From Planctomycetota bacterium (GTDB lineage Bacteria; Planctomycetota; SZUA-567; H5-PLA8): a DNA stretch of 64,000 bases. The position numbers were made by a program, and so were the translations under genes. The DNA lies in the NCBI GenBank assembly GCA_038227875.1, contig JBBRPR010000010.1, positions 32,001 through 96,000 on the forward strand, given 5' to 3'. The notes under the pieces were generated by a model. The model saw only the letters and a program-made list of their open reading frames with translations, was not told where the DNA came from and made no database searches. Within the stretch, counting starts at the first letter, position 1, and each line of letters begins with the position of its first letter. Below are positions 26,211-35,541 of the stretch, in pieces.

Positions 26211-27293
26211 ATGTCTCTTTTCCGCCTGATGCTTGCCACGTGTTTCCTGCTGCCTTTGTGCCAGAGTTTGCGTGCCGCGGACCACTTCTTTGGCGAGAAC
26301 CTCATTGAGGTCAAGCTGACGTTGCCCAAGGGCGACACGTACATGCGCGGCGCGACCGACCCCGTCGCCGATCTGGTGGCGGAAATCACGCTGACCAACC
26401 GCACGGCCAAAGAGAATCTCAACCGCGAAACGATCACGATTGAAGATTCGTCGCGCCTGACCAGCGAGGAATTCACCAAGCTGCAGTCGGCCACGCGCGA
26501 AGAGCAGGTCGCGCTGCTGGAAAAGAAGAAGGTCAACAAGGAGATCGAAAACTACTCCGTCAACAAGGACAGCCTGGGCTTCTCGTACGTTGAGCCGGAA
26601 CTGGGACCGCACGATTTTGTCGGCGTGATCATCACCAAGGTTCCGGAAGAAGGCCAGCCCGCGCCGGAAAAGCCGGTTGTCATTCCGCGCGACAACAAGC
26701 CCGACCACGTCAGCGCCACCGACATGGCTCCGACGAAGTACCTCGCCGCGGGCGAAACCACCAAGCCGATCACGCTGCCGGTGGGCAAGTTCTACCTGAT
26801 CCGCGATCCGGGAAAGTACACGATCAAGGTCGTGCTCTACAACATTCTCGACAACGAAAAGCCGTCGAAGTTCGCGGAATCGAACGAAGAAACCTTCCGC
26901 GTGCTGCCCTTCAAGGTTGTGAGTCAGAAGATCGACGAAATCCGCTCCAACTGGACCGACTACGAACGCGGCACGCCGACGTTCAACTACATGATCTACC
27001 AGGTGAAGACCGGCGGCCCCTTCGATGAAGTCTGGTACGTGCAGCGCATCTCCGTTCGCAAGTTCGACACGTGGGAATGGACGCGGCTGTGCACCGTCAA
27101 GGAAGGCACCGTGGCGCAGATCGCGCAGCTGAGCCCGACCAAGGTGAAGATCGTCGCCGCGCAGGCGAAGGGCGATCTCGGCATCTACGAACTCGATTTC
27201 TCGAAGCCCGGCGTGACGGTCAAGGCCGAGTCCAAAGACCTGAAGAACGACACGATCCCGAAGCTTGGCGCCGACGGTACGCTGGCTGAGTAA
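26211..27293 (+). CDS. secreted hypothetical protein
   Basis: Signal peptide (..LRA/AD), genome-typical codon usage, 360 aa; no family recognised. Confidence 0.8.
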   Translation: MSLFRLMLATCFLLPLCQSLRAADHFFGENLIEVKLTLPKGDTYMRGATDPVADLVAEITLTNRTAKENLNRETITIEDSSRLTSEEFTKLQSATREEQVALLEKKKVNKEIENYSVNKDSLGFSYVEPELGPHDFVGVIITKVPEEGQPAPEKPVVIPRDNKPDHVSATDMAPTKYLAAGETTKPITLPVGKFYLIRDPGKYTIKVVLYNILDNEKPSKFAESNEETFRVLPFKVVSQKIDEIRSNWTDYERGTPTFNYMIYQVKTGGPFDEVWYVQRISVRKFDTWEWTRLCTVKEGTVAQIAQLSPTKVKIVAAQAKGDLGIYELDFSKPGVTVKAESKDLKNDTIPKLGADGTLAE

Positions 27294-27321
27294 TAAGGTC
27301 GGACTTCGCGGGAAGCAGCGG

Positions 27322-27483
27322 TTGTGTGTCAAGGAGCAAGCGGCCGTATGCTTGCTCCTTGCTCAACGCATTCCATTCCGCGTGCAACTACGCCACTCGG
27401 TTTAGTAATCCAAATCGCTTGCGCGTGAGTCAAAAGCCTAAGGCAAGGAGCAAGCAAACAGCCGCTTGCTCCTTGACACACAA
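27322..27483. repeat. REP doublet (REPIN-like): two inverted 41-bp palindromic units separated by 80 bp
   Basis: 27322-27362 versus the reverse complement of 27443-27483 match at 39/41; each unit contains CAAGGAGCAAGC...GCTTGCTCCTTG. Confidence 0.85.
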
Positions 27484-27504
27484 ACACGCCAAGACTGATT
27501 ACAT

Positions 27505-28317
27505 TTAACCCAATTGGCGATACTGCCGCCGCAACTCCGCGGTAAAGAGCTCCTGCAGGAAGCGCATGCGTTGCAGCTTTTCGGGCGGCTCGACTTCCAT
27601 GCGCTTGGCGAGCGGGTCGCAGAGCGTGGTGAGCAGTTGGTCGCGGACTTCGGGCTTCAGCGAGGGTGAACGCTCAAGGAATTTCTCGACGGCTTCCACA
27701 TCGGTGGGGCGGAGACGCTGCAGCGCGGGCGTTGAGAACTGGAAGAGCGACTCCTCGGTCGGCCGGTTGAGCAGCAGTTCGCGCAGCGGGCTCATCTTGG
27801 AGACTTCGTCCTTGACCACCAGCGTGCCGCCGATCATGTCGCCGAAACGCTGCGCGCGTTTGGAGAAAAACGGGACGAGCCAGATGACGGGAATGTGATC
27901 GATCGCTCGAAATACATTGCGTAGAAAAAGGCTGTTGAGGTCCAGAGAAAAGCCATTCGCCTTGACCACACGGATTCCAAATATGCGTTTGCCGATCGTT
28001 TGACCGCGCATCACTAATTCACTCAGGCCATAATACAAGAGCGAAGCAAAACTGAAAATGAGCACGAACATACCCCAGACATAGGCTGGAAATTCTGTCT
28101 CCTTGCCCGCTGCCGCCTTTCCAGTTGCCTTCGCAAACTCATCGGCAAGTTGCTCGCCAATTGACGTTACTACCGCGAGCGCTACAAATAATAAAAGTAG
28201 CAGCAGAAGCATAATCAGGAAGTCGATGACCCACGCGACAAAGCGGCTGCCCAATCCCGCGAGGTCGTAACCGACCTGCACGTTTTCCGGTGTTTCGAAT
28301 TCGATCCGTTCGGCCAT
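27505..28317 (-). CDS. RDD family membrane protein
   Basis: IEFETPENV...Y.LAGLGSRF.A..ID, GQT.GK...GIRV, RN..R.ID, QR.GD...GT.VV. Confidence 0.92.
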   Translation of the reverse strand: MAERIEFETPENVQVGYDLAGLGSRFVAWVIDFLIMLLLLLLLFVALAVVTSIGEQLADEFAKATGKAAAGKETEFPAYVWGMFVLIFSFASLLYYGLSELVMRGQTIGKRIFGIRVVKANGFSLDLNSLFLRNVFRAIDHIPVIWLVPFFSKRAQRFGDMIGGTLVVKDEVSKMSPLRELLLNRPTEESLFQFSTPALQRLRPTDVEAVEKFLERSPSLKPEVRDQLLTTLCDPLAKRMEVEPPEKLQRMRFLQELFTAELRRQYRQLG

Positions 28318-28327
28318 GGAAAGAAGT

Positions 28328-29311
28328 ATGTCGAACTACATTCAAAAGCACAAGCCGGAATGGGACGAACTCGAGCGCCTGGTGGCCCGCGCGCGGAAGT
28401 CGCTCAATCAGATGAATTTCGACGAAATCGAGCGGCTCGACGCGCTCTACCGCCGTGCCACGATCCATCTGGCGCAGGTCTCCACGCGCACGCGCGACGC
28501 GGCGTTGATCCGTTATCTCAATGATCTCACGGCCGCTGCGCACGCCATCATTTACGTTGCGCCGCCGCCCCAACCCGTTCGAAATGCCATGACGTTTGTA
28601 ACCGACGGCTTCGCGCGCGCGGTGGCGAGGACGTGGAAATTCCATGCCGCATCGGTTCTGCTGATGGTGGCCGGCGCCTTCGTCGCGTACACGGCCGTGC
28701 AGAACGATCCGGCGGCGGCCTACGCGCTGCTGCCCAACGGCGAGGTGCGGCTGCCGGGCTCGACGAGGGAACAGCTATTGTCGGCGATGCGGGCGGGCCG
28801 CGACCAGGAGGGCGGATCGAAATTTTTCTTCGCGTCGTTTCTCTTCAGTAACAATCTCAACGTGGGCTTCCTGACGCTGGCGCTGGGGGTGTTGGCGGCG
28901 ATACCGAGTATCTATCTGATCACATTCAACGGAATGATTCTCGGCGCGTTTACGGCGGTGCATCACAACGCGGGGATTTACAGCGAGTACTGGGCATGGA
29001 TCCTGCCGCACGGTGTGACCGAACTTTCCGCGATCGCGCTGGCCGGTGGCGGCGGGTTGCTGCTCGGCCGCGCGGTGGTCTGTCCGGGCATGCTGACGCG
29101 CACGGAGAGCCTCTACCGCGCGGGCCTGGAAGCGGTGCGAATCTGTTTTGGCATCGGCATCATGCTGCTCTTCGCCGGCGCGATCGAAAGTTTTTTGCGG
29201 CAGAGCCATCTGCCACTGGCCTCGCGCTTCGTCTTCGCGGCGGGGACGGCGGTGTTCTGGGGCTTGTACTTCTGGCGCGGGTTTGTGCTGGAGCGACGAG
29301 CGAAGGTGTGA
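28328..29311 (+). CDS. stage II sporulation protein M (DUF95) family membrane protein
   Basis: W..LE.L, LYR.....LA, YLN.L...AH..IY, LF.NN..V, NG..LG, ILPHG..EL.AI..AGG.GL, IESF. Alternative start 28316. Confidence 0.9.
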   Translation: MSNYIQKHKPEWDELERLVARARKSLNQMNFDEIERLDALYRRATIHLAQVSTRTRDAALIRYLNDLTAAAHAIIYVAPPPQPVRNAMTFVTDGFARAVARTWKFHAASVLLMVAGAFVAYTAVQNDPAAAYALLPNGEVRLPGSTREQLLSAMRAGRDQEGGSKFFFASFLFSNNLNVGFLTLALGVLAAIPSIYLITFNGMILGAFTAVHHNAGIYSEYWAWILPHGVTELSAIALAGGGGLLLGRAVVCPGMLTRTESLYRAGLEAVRICFGIGIMLLFAGAIESFLRQSHLPLASRFVFAAGTAVFWGLYFWRGFVLERRAKV

Positions 29312-29352
29312 GTGGAATTGGTTGTTGTTCAATTCATTCACACATGTCGCGT

Positions 29353-30675
29353 TCACAACAAATTACGCTCGCGCAGGTCGATGTACGAATTGATCAGCGG
29401 GATCGTGAGCTTCTGCGGTTCGACGTCGAGAATGTGGACGCCGCCGCGCGAAAGTGAATGGAGCGAGCGCTCGCGTTCGCGCATCAAGCGGACGCTCACG
29501 GCCTTCTGAGCGACGTGGCCAACCGAAGTCACCGGCGCGCGCAGAATTTCGTTGAGCAGCGGGGTGCGCAGCGCGGCGAAGACGACCAGATGGCGCTTGG
29601 CCAGCGAGGCCAGCGCGGCGCGGAAAAGTTCCGACGTGCCGGGATCGGCGAGATCGGAGAGCACGATCACCAGCGCGCGCTTGGTCTGGCGCGACTGGAG
29701 CGTCGCAAACATCGCGGAGAAATTCGATTCCCGCCAGCGCGATTGGGCGTTGTAGAGCGACTCCAGAAACGTGCGGTGCGCGGCGGCGCCCATCACCGGC
29801 GGCAGGTAGCCGATGACCTTGTCGTCGAAGAGGCCCAGCCCGCAGCGGTCGCCTTTTTCAAGCGCGACGCGGCTGAGCAGCACGGCGGCGTCGACGGCAC
29901 GGTCGAGTTTGGATCCGTCGCCGGCGGCTCCGGCCATCAGGCGTCCGCAGTCGAGGAGAATCACGACGTCGCGGTGCTGTTCGATCTGAAAACGGCGCAC
30001 GACTAGGCGGCGCTGCCGAGCGGTGGAGCGCCAATCGATGTGGCGCGGATCGTCGCCCTGTCGGAAGTCGGAGAGCGATTCGAAATCCATGCCGTCGCCC
30101 TTCTGTCGCGAGCGGGTGACTTCGCCGAGCATGCGCATTTCCGCGGCCTCATTGGCGGTCAGGCTCTGGTTGACGATGGCGTTGTCCGGCAGCACTTTGA
30201 TTTCCGTTTTGCACTCCAGACTACGCTGCATTTCCAGCAGGCCATAATTTCCGCGCACGCGCAGCCACACCGGCCCGAACGCATGCAGGCCGCGCACGGG
30301 TATTTTAATCGCCTGCTTCAGGATCACTTCTTGATTGGGCGTGGCCTGAAAAGGGATCTGCCAGACGTTGGGTTTCGCGTCGGCCGGAACGAGATCGCGG
30401 AGTTCTCCGGCCACCGGCGTGGCTCCCGCGTACGACAAACGCAACGTGACGTCAAAGCTGCCGTTGCGTCCGATGCAGACGGGGTGACTGCGCTTGATGC
30501 TGAAGTGCGGGATCTCGGCGTGAATCTGGCGGAAGTCGAGCACCGCCAACACGAGCGTTCTCAGCAGCAGGGGCAGGCATAGCCACGCGAGCACAGGCAG
30601 AAGAAACGCGAGTGCCGCGACGGCGGTGAGTACGCCGGCGATGCCTAGCAGTCGCGATCCCGGACGGACGTTCAC
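29353..30675 (-). CDS. DUF58 domain / vWA protein
   Basis: G.DFESL.DF..GDDPR.IDW..TAR, LDCGRLM, GDR.GL..F, L.DL.D. Confidence 0.92.
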   Translation of the reverse strand: MNVRPGSRLLGIAGVLTAVAALAFLLPVLAWLCLPLLLRTLVLAVLDFRQIHAEIPHFSIKRSHPVCIGRNGSFDVTLRLSYAGATPVAGELRDLVPADAKPNVWQIPFQATPNQEVILKQAIKIPVRGLHAFGPVWLRVRGNYGLLEMQRSLECKTEIKVLPDNAIVNQSLTANEAAEMRMLGEVTRSRQKGDGMDFESLSDFRQGDDPRHIDWRSTARQRRLVVRRFQIEQHRDVVILLDCGRLMAGAAGDGSKLDRAVDAAVLLSRVALEKGDRCGLGLFDDKVIGYLPPVMGAAAHRTFLESLYNAQSRWRESNFSAMFATLQSRQTKRALVIVLSDLADPGTSELFRAALASLAKRHLVVFAALRTPLLNEILRAPVTSVGHVAQKAVSVRLMRERERSLHSLSRGGVHILDVEPQKLTIPLINSYIDLRERNLL

Positions 30676-31619
30676 CGGGGAACCTCGACGTTTTCCAGAA
30701 TGCGTCCGAGAATGTCGTCGGCCTTCGTGCCTTCCAGTTCGGCCGAGGCGCTTAAGACCACGCGGTGGCGCATGACGGGTTTGAACGACGACTTGATGTC
30801 ATCGGGCGTCACGAATTCGCGGCCCGCAAAACGCGCGAGGCTCTTGGCCGCCATCAACTGCAGCAACGCGGCACGCGGACTGGCGCCGACCATCAGCGCA
30901 TCGTCCTTGCGCGTGGACTCGACCAGTTTGCGGACGTAGGTGATGACTTCATCGCGCACGAAGGTCTGCCGGATGATGTCGCGCGCTTCGATGATTTCGT
31001 GCGGTTCGACGACGGGCTTCACACCGAGATTGGCGGGAACGGAGACGGCGCCGGTAGCATGATGTTCCTTGAGAATCCGCTCCTCGTCCTGGGCGCTGGG
31101 GTAGTCGACGATCAGCTTGAACATGAAGCGGTCGAGCTGCGCCAGCGGGAGCGGGTACGTGCCTTCCTGTTCGACGGGATTCTGCGTGGCGAAAACGATG
31201 AACGGGGCGGGGAGGGGATTGGTTTCGCCGTCGTTGGTGACGGTCAGTTCCTGCATCGCTTCCAGCAGCGCCGATTGCGTGCGCGCGGAGGCGCGGTTGA
31301 GTTCGTCGGCGAAGAGGAAGTTGGTAAAGACCGGGCCCTTTTTGAAGACAAACGCGTGCTGGTCTTCGCGGTAGATGCTGGTGCCGGTGATGTCGTTGGG
31401 GAGCAGATCGGGCGTCATCTGCACGCGGCGGTAGGTCAGATTCAGCGCGGATGCGAGCGTGCGGACCAGCAGCGTCTTGGCGGTGCCGGGAACGCCTTCG
31501 AGCAGCACGTGTCCACTGCTGAAGAGCGCGGCGAGCGCAAATTCGACGACCTCATCCTGGCCGAAGATGACGCGGCCGATTTCCTGGCGGAGTTTTTCGT
31601 GGATTTCGACTAGAGACAT
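30672..31619 (-). CDS. MoxR family AAA+ ATPase
   Basis: GHVLLEGVPGTAKT, TPDLLP.DI.G, ADELNRA...TQSALLEAMQE, ATQNPVEQEGTYPLP.AQLDRF, GASPR. Confidence 0.95.
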   Translation of the reverse strand: MSLVEIHEKLRQEIGRVIFGQDEVVEFALAALFSSGHVLLEGVPGTAKTLLVRTLASALNLTYRRVQMTPDLLPNDITGTSIYREDQHAFVFKKGPVFTNFLFADELNRASARTQSALLEAMQELTVTNDGETNPLPAPFIVFATQNPVEQEGTYPLPLAQLDRFMFKLIVDYPSAQDEERILKEHHATGAVSVPANLGVKPVVEPHEIIEARDIIRQTFVRDEVITYVRKLVESTRKDDALMVGASPRAALLQLMAAKSLARFAGREFVTPDDIKSSFKPVMRHRVVLSASAELEGTKADDILGRILENVEVPR

Positions 31620-32944
31620 TTGCGAAGTTGCTCCATGGTTTCGACGATGTTGGTTTCCGTGGGGACGCGCACGCCGCTGAGCAGCGCATCAGTATTGGCG
31701 ACAGCCGCGCGAAGCCGTTCGGCGGCGTGTACGTCGCGACGTTCCAGCGCCAGCGCGACCTGGGTGGGGTCTTCGACTTTGGAACGCAGTCCCAGCTTGC
31801 GCGCGACGGCCCAGAGCACGCCGGAGCGGACTTGCCGGATCAACGCCAACTGGGTGTTGCCGCGCTGGAACAATCGCGCCGTCGCATCGACGTACTCGCC
31901 GACGGAGCGCCGTGTCACCGCCGACTGCGGAAGCGGAGGCCCGAGATTGATCGCTTCGCGCCAGGCCCAGAGCGCGACGGCCAGCGAGAGCATCGCCAGC
32001 AGCAGGCCGTAGCCGGGTTTTGTCAGCAACCAGAAGACGTTCCCGCGGATGGTGAGCCCGTGGTAAAATTCGTCGAAGACCAGCGTTTTGCCCGGATGGT
32101 TGAAAAGTTCGGCGGCGAGCACCGCGTTGTCGGCGTCCTTCGACAGCGAAAGATTGTCGAGCAGCGCCGGATCGCTGACGACCGTGACGGTCCCCGAACC
32201 GACGCGGTAGAGCGCGGCCAGCGTGGCGCGACCGCCATCGGGCAGGCGGCAGGTCAGCGTGCCGGCATTTGCGGGGCCTGTGCCGGCTTCGATCACCTGC
32301 AGGTCTTCTTCGACGACCGTCAGCATCTTGACCGGTTCCAGGTATTTCAAATCGCCGCTGACTTGAACGGGAACGCCGGTCTGCTTGGGCGGTGCGAGGA
32401 TTTTCGAGAGCCGCGCGTCGAAATCATCGTCATCATCTTCGCTGGATAAATGGACAGGCTTGGACGGCGCCGGCGGTTCCGGGTGCAGCGGAACGACGGA
32501 GACGTCGGCGAGTCCAAATTCCTGGAGCAGCGATGTATCGCGATCGATCTCGCCGCGGTGACGGGTGCGCGAGGCCGTCTTTTTGGCGAATCGTTTGTCC
32601 GGGCGCGCCGGCGCGATGATCACGTTGCCGCCCGCGCTGACCCAATCTTTGACCGCGCCAAGATGTCCAGGCTCGATGCGCACCATGCCCGGATCGGAAT
32701 CCCAGAAAACGACGCAGGTGTCGTTGGTCACGGCGACATTCGGCGGCACCATGCCGCGGCGCACGGGCAGTTTCAACGCGTCGAGCAGTTCGAAGAGCCC
32801 GCGGTGGCCGTACATTTTGGTGCCGTAGGAATTGCGGCCCACGCCACCCTGATCCGGCGGCGCGGCGAGATCCATCAGCACGCCGCAGAACCCGGCCACG
32901 GCCAGCGCGATGATAATCAGGATGACGCTACGGGAACTTAGCAC
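31610..32944 (-). CDS. DUF4350 domain membrane-anchored protein
   Basis: N-terminal TM, SY.....G...L..LL, G.G.V.V.SDP..L.N..L...DNA, FDEFYHG, second TM, EYV.A.A.L. Confidence 0.85.
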   Translation of the reverse strand: MLSSRSVILIIIALAVAGFCGVLMDLAAPPDQGGVGRNSYGTKMYGHRGLFELLDALKLPVRRGMVPPNVAVTNDTCVVFWDSDPGMVRIEPGHLGAVKDWVSAGGNVIIAPARPDKRFAKKTASRTRHRGEIDRDTSLLQEFGLADVSVVPLHPEPPAPSKPVHLSSEDDDDDFDARLSKILAPPKQTGVPVQVSGDLKYLEPVKMLTVVEEDLQVIEAGTGPANAGTLTCRLPDGGRATLAALYRVGSGTVTVVSDPALLDNLSLSKDADNAVLAAELFNHPGKTLVFDEFYHGLTIRGNVFWLLTKPGYGLLLAMLSLAVALWAWREAINLGPPLPQSAVTRRSVGEYVDATARLFQRGNTQLALIRQVRSGVLWAVARKLGLRSKVEDPTQVALALERRDVHAAERLRAAVANTDALLSGVRVPTETNIVETMEQLRKCL

Positions 32945-33614
32945 GTGGCGCCTCCTTCTCAGGTGGGGCGGCCTGTGCGCGCGCGGCCTGCTGGATTGAG
33001 GCGTACGCGCGCAGCGACTCCTGATAATCCTCCTCGGTGCAGGGAATGCCCGCGTACCATTTGCGGTCGACGGTTTCGACGAGGAAGAAGAGTGGATCGA
33101 AGGCCGGCGTGTTCTTGAAGCGCTTCAGGTATTCGCGGTTGGTGGTGCCGCGGCGGACGTTGCGCTTCTGTGCGGCTTCCAGCGTCATCAAGCTGGCCAG
33201 GAAGAGCAGCCGCACGGCTTCGATGAACTGGCCCTTCTTCGCGGCGGCGCGAGCGCGCTGTTCGATCTCGGCGGGCGTCAAATTGACCGGAGCGGCAAGC
33301 CCCGGCTGAATTTCATCCGGCGCGCGCAGGGCCGAGCGGAACGAGTAGATGAGATGCCAGGTCAAGGCAATCAAGGTGCCCACCAGCAGCGCGAAAACCA
33401 GCCCGCCGAGGATGGGCGAGAATTCGAAGAGCGCCTGAAGCCAACCGAACGCGGGCCCGAACGTTTTGCGCAGGAAGCGAATCGCGCGCAGCAGCGCGGG
33501 GACATCGTCGGTGGGGCCAAGATCGTAGACGGACCGATGGAGAATCTCCTGCGCCAGATGCTTGATCGCATCGGGGGGAGGGAGAGGGGGGAGATTCGGA
33601 GCTGGCGCGTCCAT
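32928..33614 (-). CDS. DUF4129 domain membrane protein
   Basis: IL....Y, TM, G.F.EAVR.LF...L..L, TNREYL, WY.G. Confidence 0.85.
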   Translation of the reverse strand: MDAPAPNLPPLPPPDAIKHLAQEILHRSVYDLGPTDDVPALLRAIRFLRKTFGPAFGWLQALFEFSPILGGLVFALLVGTLIALTWHLIYSFRSALRAPDEIQPGLAAPVNLTPAEIEQRARAAAKKGQFIEAVRLLFLASLMTLEAAQKRNVRRGTTNREYLKRFKNTPAFDPLFFLVETVDRKWYAGIPCTEEDYQESLRAYASIQQAARAQAAPPEKEAPRAKFP

Positions 33615-33628
33615 TCGTTGTTGGTTTC

Positions 33629-34582
33629 TTATAGCGGGTGCGAGGGATTGGAACTCGGACCTGGCGGTATGATTTTTGGAGGTGAATCCAGATCACTCCC
33701 AGTAGAGACATTCGCACCTGCATTGTCAGCGAGCAAGCTGAGATCGAAATGTTCGCGCTTGCAGCGGCAGGAATAATAGAAGACCACAAACGTGCAGGCA
33801 CTGAATGTGATCAGGATTCCTTCCATACTGGCTTGCAACGCGGCGCGCAATGCCAGCATAGGAACAAATTTCTCCGAAATGATGAACAGAAAAAGGAGCA
33901 GTCGCGGGGCCAACAAAATGAGGATCAGCAGCATCTGCTCAAGGTAATTCCCGGCCATCAGTTCAGCACTTCGTGTCAGTGCTTTCATACCGCGTTTTTC
34001 TTCAATCATGATGGCGGAATTGAGAAGCGAAAAACGCATGACGATATAGGCAAAAACTAACACGGCGGGAAGGACTGCAAAATAACCAAACGGTCCCAAA
34101 AAAACGATCATCAACCCAGCGACAATGAACGCGCCGATGCCGCATCCGAATAGCGCCACGGTGAAGAGTAAATTGGCCCAGATCAAGCTGGGAAGTCTGG
34201 CGATGGACCTGCGGAGCGACTCGCTGGTGCTGACAGGGGTGTTCATATAGGCGTTGGACACAAGATGAACCACAGCCGCGTTAGTAAATGGAAGTATGAA
34301 CAGAATCATGACCCAGGTGAAGTATCGGTTTCCGGTTGAGCGGGCATGGGTGAGGCTGGAATACCATTCAAGTACTTCCCGAGTACTCATTCCCCATTTG
34401 AACGGCGTGATGGGACCGGCATTCGCTGCTGCCACGAGCGCCCTGATCACTTCCACGGGTATATAGACCGTGAGCGCGATGAGAAAAATGGTCTTGAAAT
34501 TGTCGCGATATAGAGCGACCGCCTGATCGAGCGTCCCCGGCACGCTCAAGGCCTGAACCTTATACGTCATATCGGACTCCAA
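33629..34582 (-). CDS. multi-pass membrane protein (glycerophosphoryl-diester-phosphodiesterase membrane-domain-like)
   Basis: LS....LD.A..LYR.NF, IEEK.GM.AL.RS..LM, YYSCRCK.E.FDL..LA. Confidence 0.8.
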   Translation of the reverse strand: MESDMTYKVQALSVPGTLDQAVALYRDNFKTIFLIALTVYIPVEVIRALVAAANAGPITPFKWGMSTREVLEWYSSLTHARSTGNRYFTWVMILFILPFTNAAVVHLVSNAYMNTPVSTSESLRRSIARLPSLIWANLLFTVALFGCGIGAFIVAGLMIVFLGPFGYFAVLPAVLVFAYIVMRFSLLNSAIMIEEKRGMKALTRSAELMAGNYLEQMLLILILLAPRLLLFLFIISEKFVPMLALRAALQASMEGILITFSACTFVVFYYSCRCKREHFDLSLLADNAGANVSTGSDLDSPPKIIPPGPSSNPSHPL

Positions 34583-34648
34583 ACAGCCGCGAACGGATCT
34601 GACGGTATTCCGTTGCTCTACTGCCCCTGACTATAATGGAGCAGCCTG

Positions 34649-35479
34649 TTACTGCGCCGGCGGCGGCGGCGGAACCTGCGTCGGCGCAACTTCCACCGGT
34701 GCTTCCGCGCCCACCGAATGCGCCAGCATGGTCAGGTCGAAATTCTCCAATTTGCAGCGGCAGGAGAAATAGAAGACCACCGTTGCGGAAATGCCGTAGG
34801 AGAACATCACCGCGTTGACCAGCACCTGCACGATCACTTTTCCGCCGGCGGTGGGGATCATGTTGGATGCAACGCCGCCAATCATGTAGACGGCGAACAT
34901 CACCAGGCCCAGCACGAAGGCGGTGCCGAAATTTTCGTTCATCAATTGTCCGGATCTGGTGAGCGCTTCCATGCCGGCCTTTTCTTCAATCACCACGATC
35001 TCGCTCGAGAAGGACCATTTGTACAGAAAGTAGAGCCCGGGAATCAGACACGCCAGCATGCCCGCGCTGACGATCAGGGACTTTAGCAGCCCCGTGGCAA
35101 ACAAGCTGACGAAGCGTTTGACGCCGACACGCATGCACTCCGACGCGGCCGCCGGCTTGCCCAGGTATTCGCTGGCGATGGCGTGAACGATCGCCGCCTC
35201 GGTGATCGGCAGAACCGCCACGGCCAGAATGGCCAGAAATGAAAGCTGCACGACCAGAGCGGGAATGGCGGCGATCATGAAGTCGATCAGCACCTGTTGA
35301 CTGGCGCCGGTCGGCGGCGGCGCGGGCATCAGACCCACGGCCACAAGATTCGAGACAAGCTCCAGCGGAATCATGGCGTAGGCCATGATGGTCATCAGCA
35401 CTTTAAAGCGGTTCTGCAGAAGATTCGTGGCTGTGTCCAGAATCTCGCTGAGTGACATGGATTTCAAAACGTAGTTCAT
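34649..35479 (-). CDS. multi-pass membrane protein, paralogue of 33629-34582
   Basis: MSLSEILD.A..L...RF, C.IPGLY, IEEKAGM.AL.RS..LM, YFSCRCK.ENFDL..LA. Confidence 0.82.
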   Translation of the reverse strand: MNYVLKSMSLSEILDTATNLLQNRFKVLMTIMAYAMIPLELVSNLVAVGLMPAPPPTGASQQVLIDFMIAAIPALVVQLSFLAILAVAVLPITEAAIVHAIASEYLGKPAAASECMRVGVKRFVSLFATGLLKSLIVSAGMLACLIPGLYFLYKWSFSSEIVVIEEKAGMEALTRSGQLMNENFGTAFVLGLVMFAVYMIGGVASNMIPTAGGKVIVQVLVNAVMFSYGISATVVFYFSCRCKLENFDLTMLAHSVGAEAPVEVAPTQVPPPPPAQ

Positions 35480-35541
35480 GGCGCTCCTCTGCTTGATCAG
35501 TCAACTTTTACATTCTGATTGAGATTCATCAGTCTAGCGAT

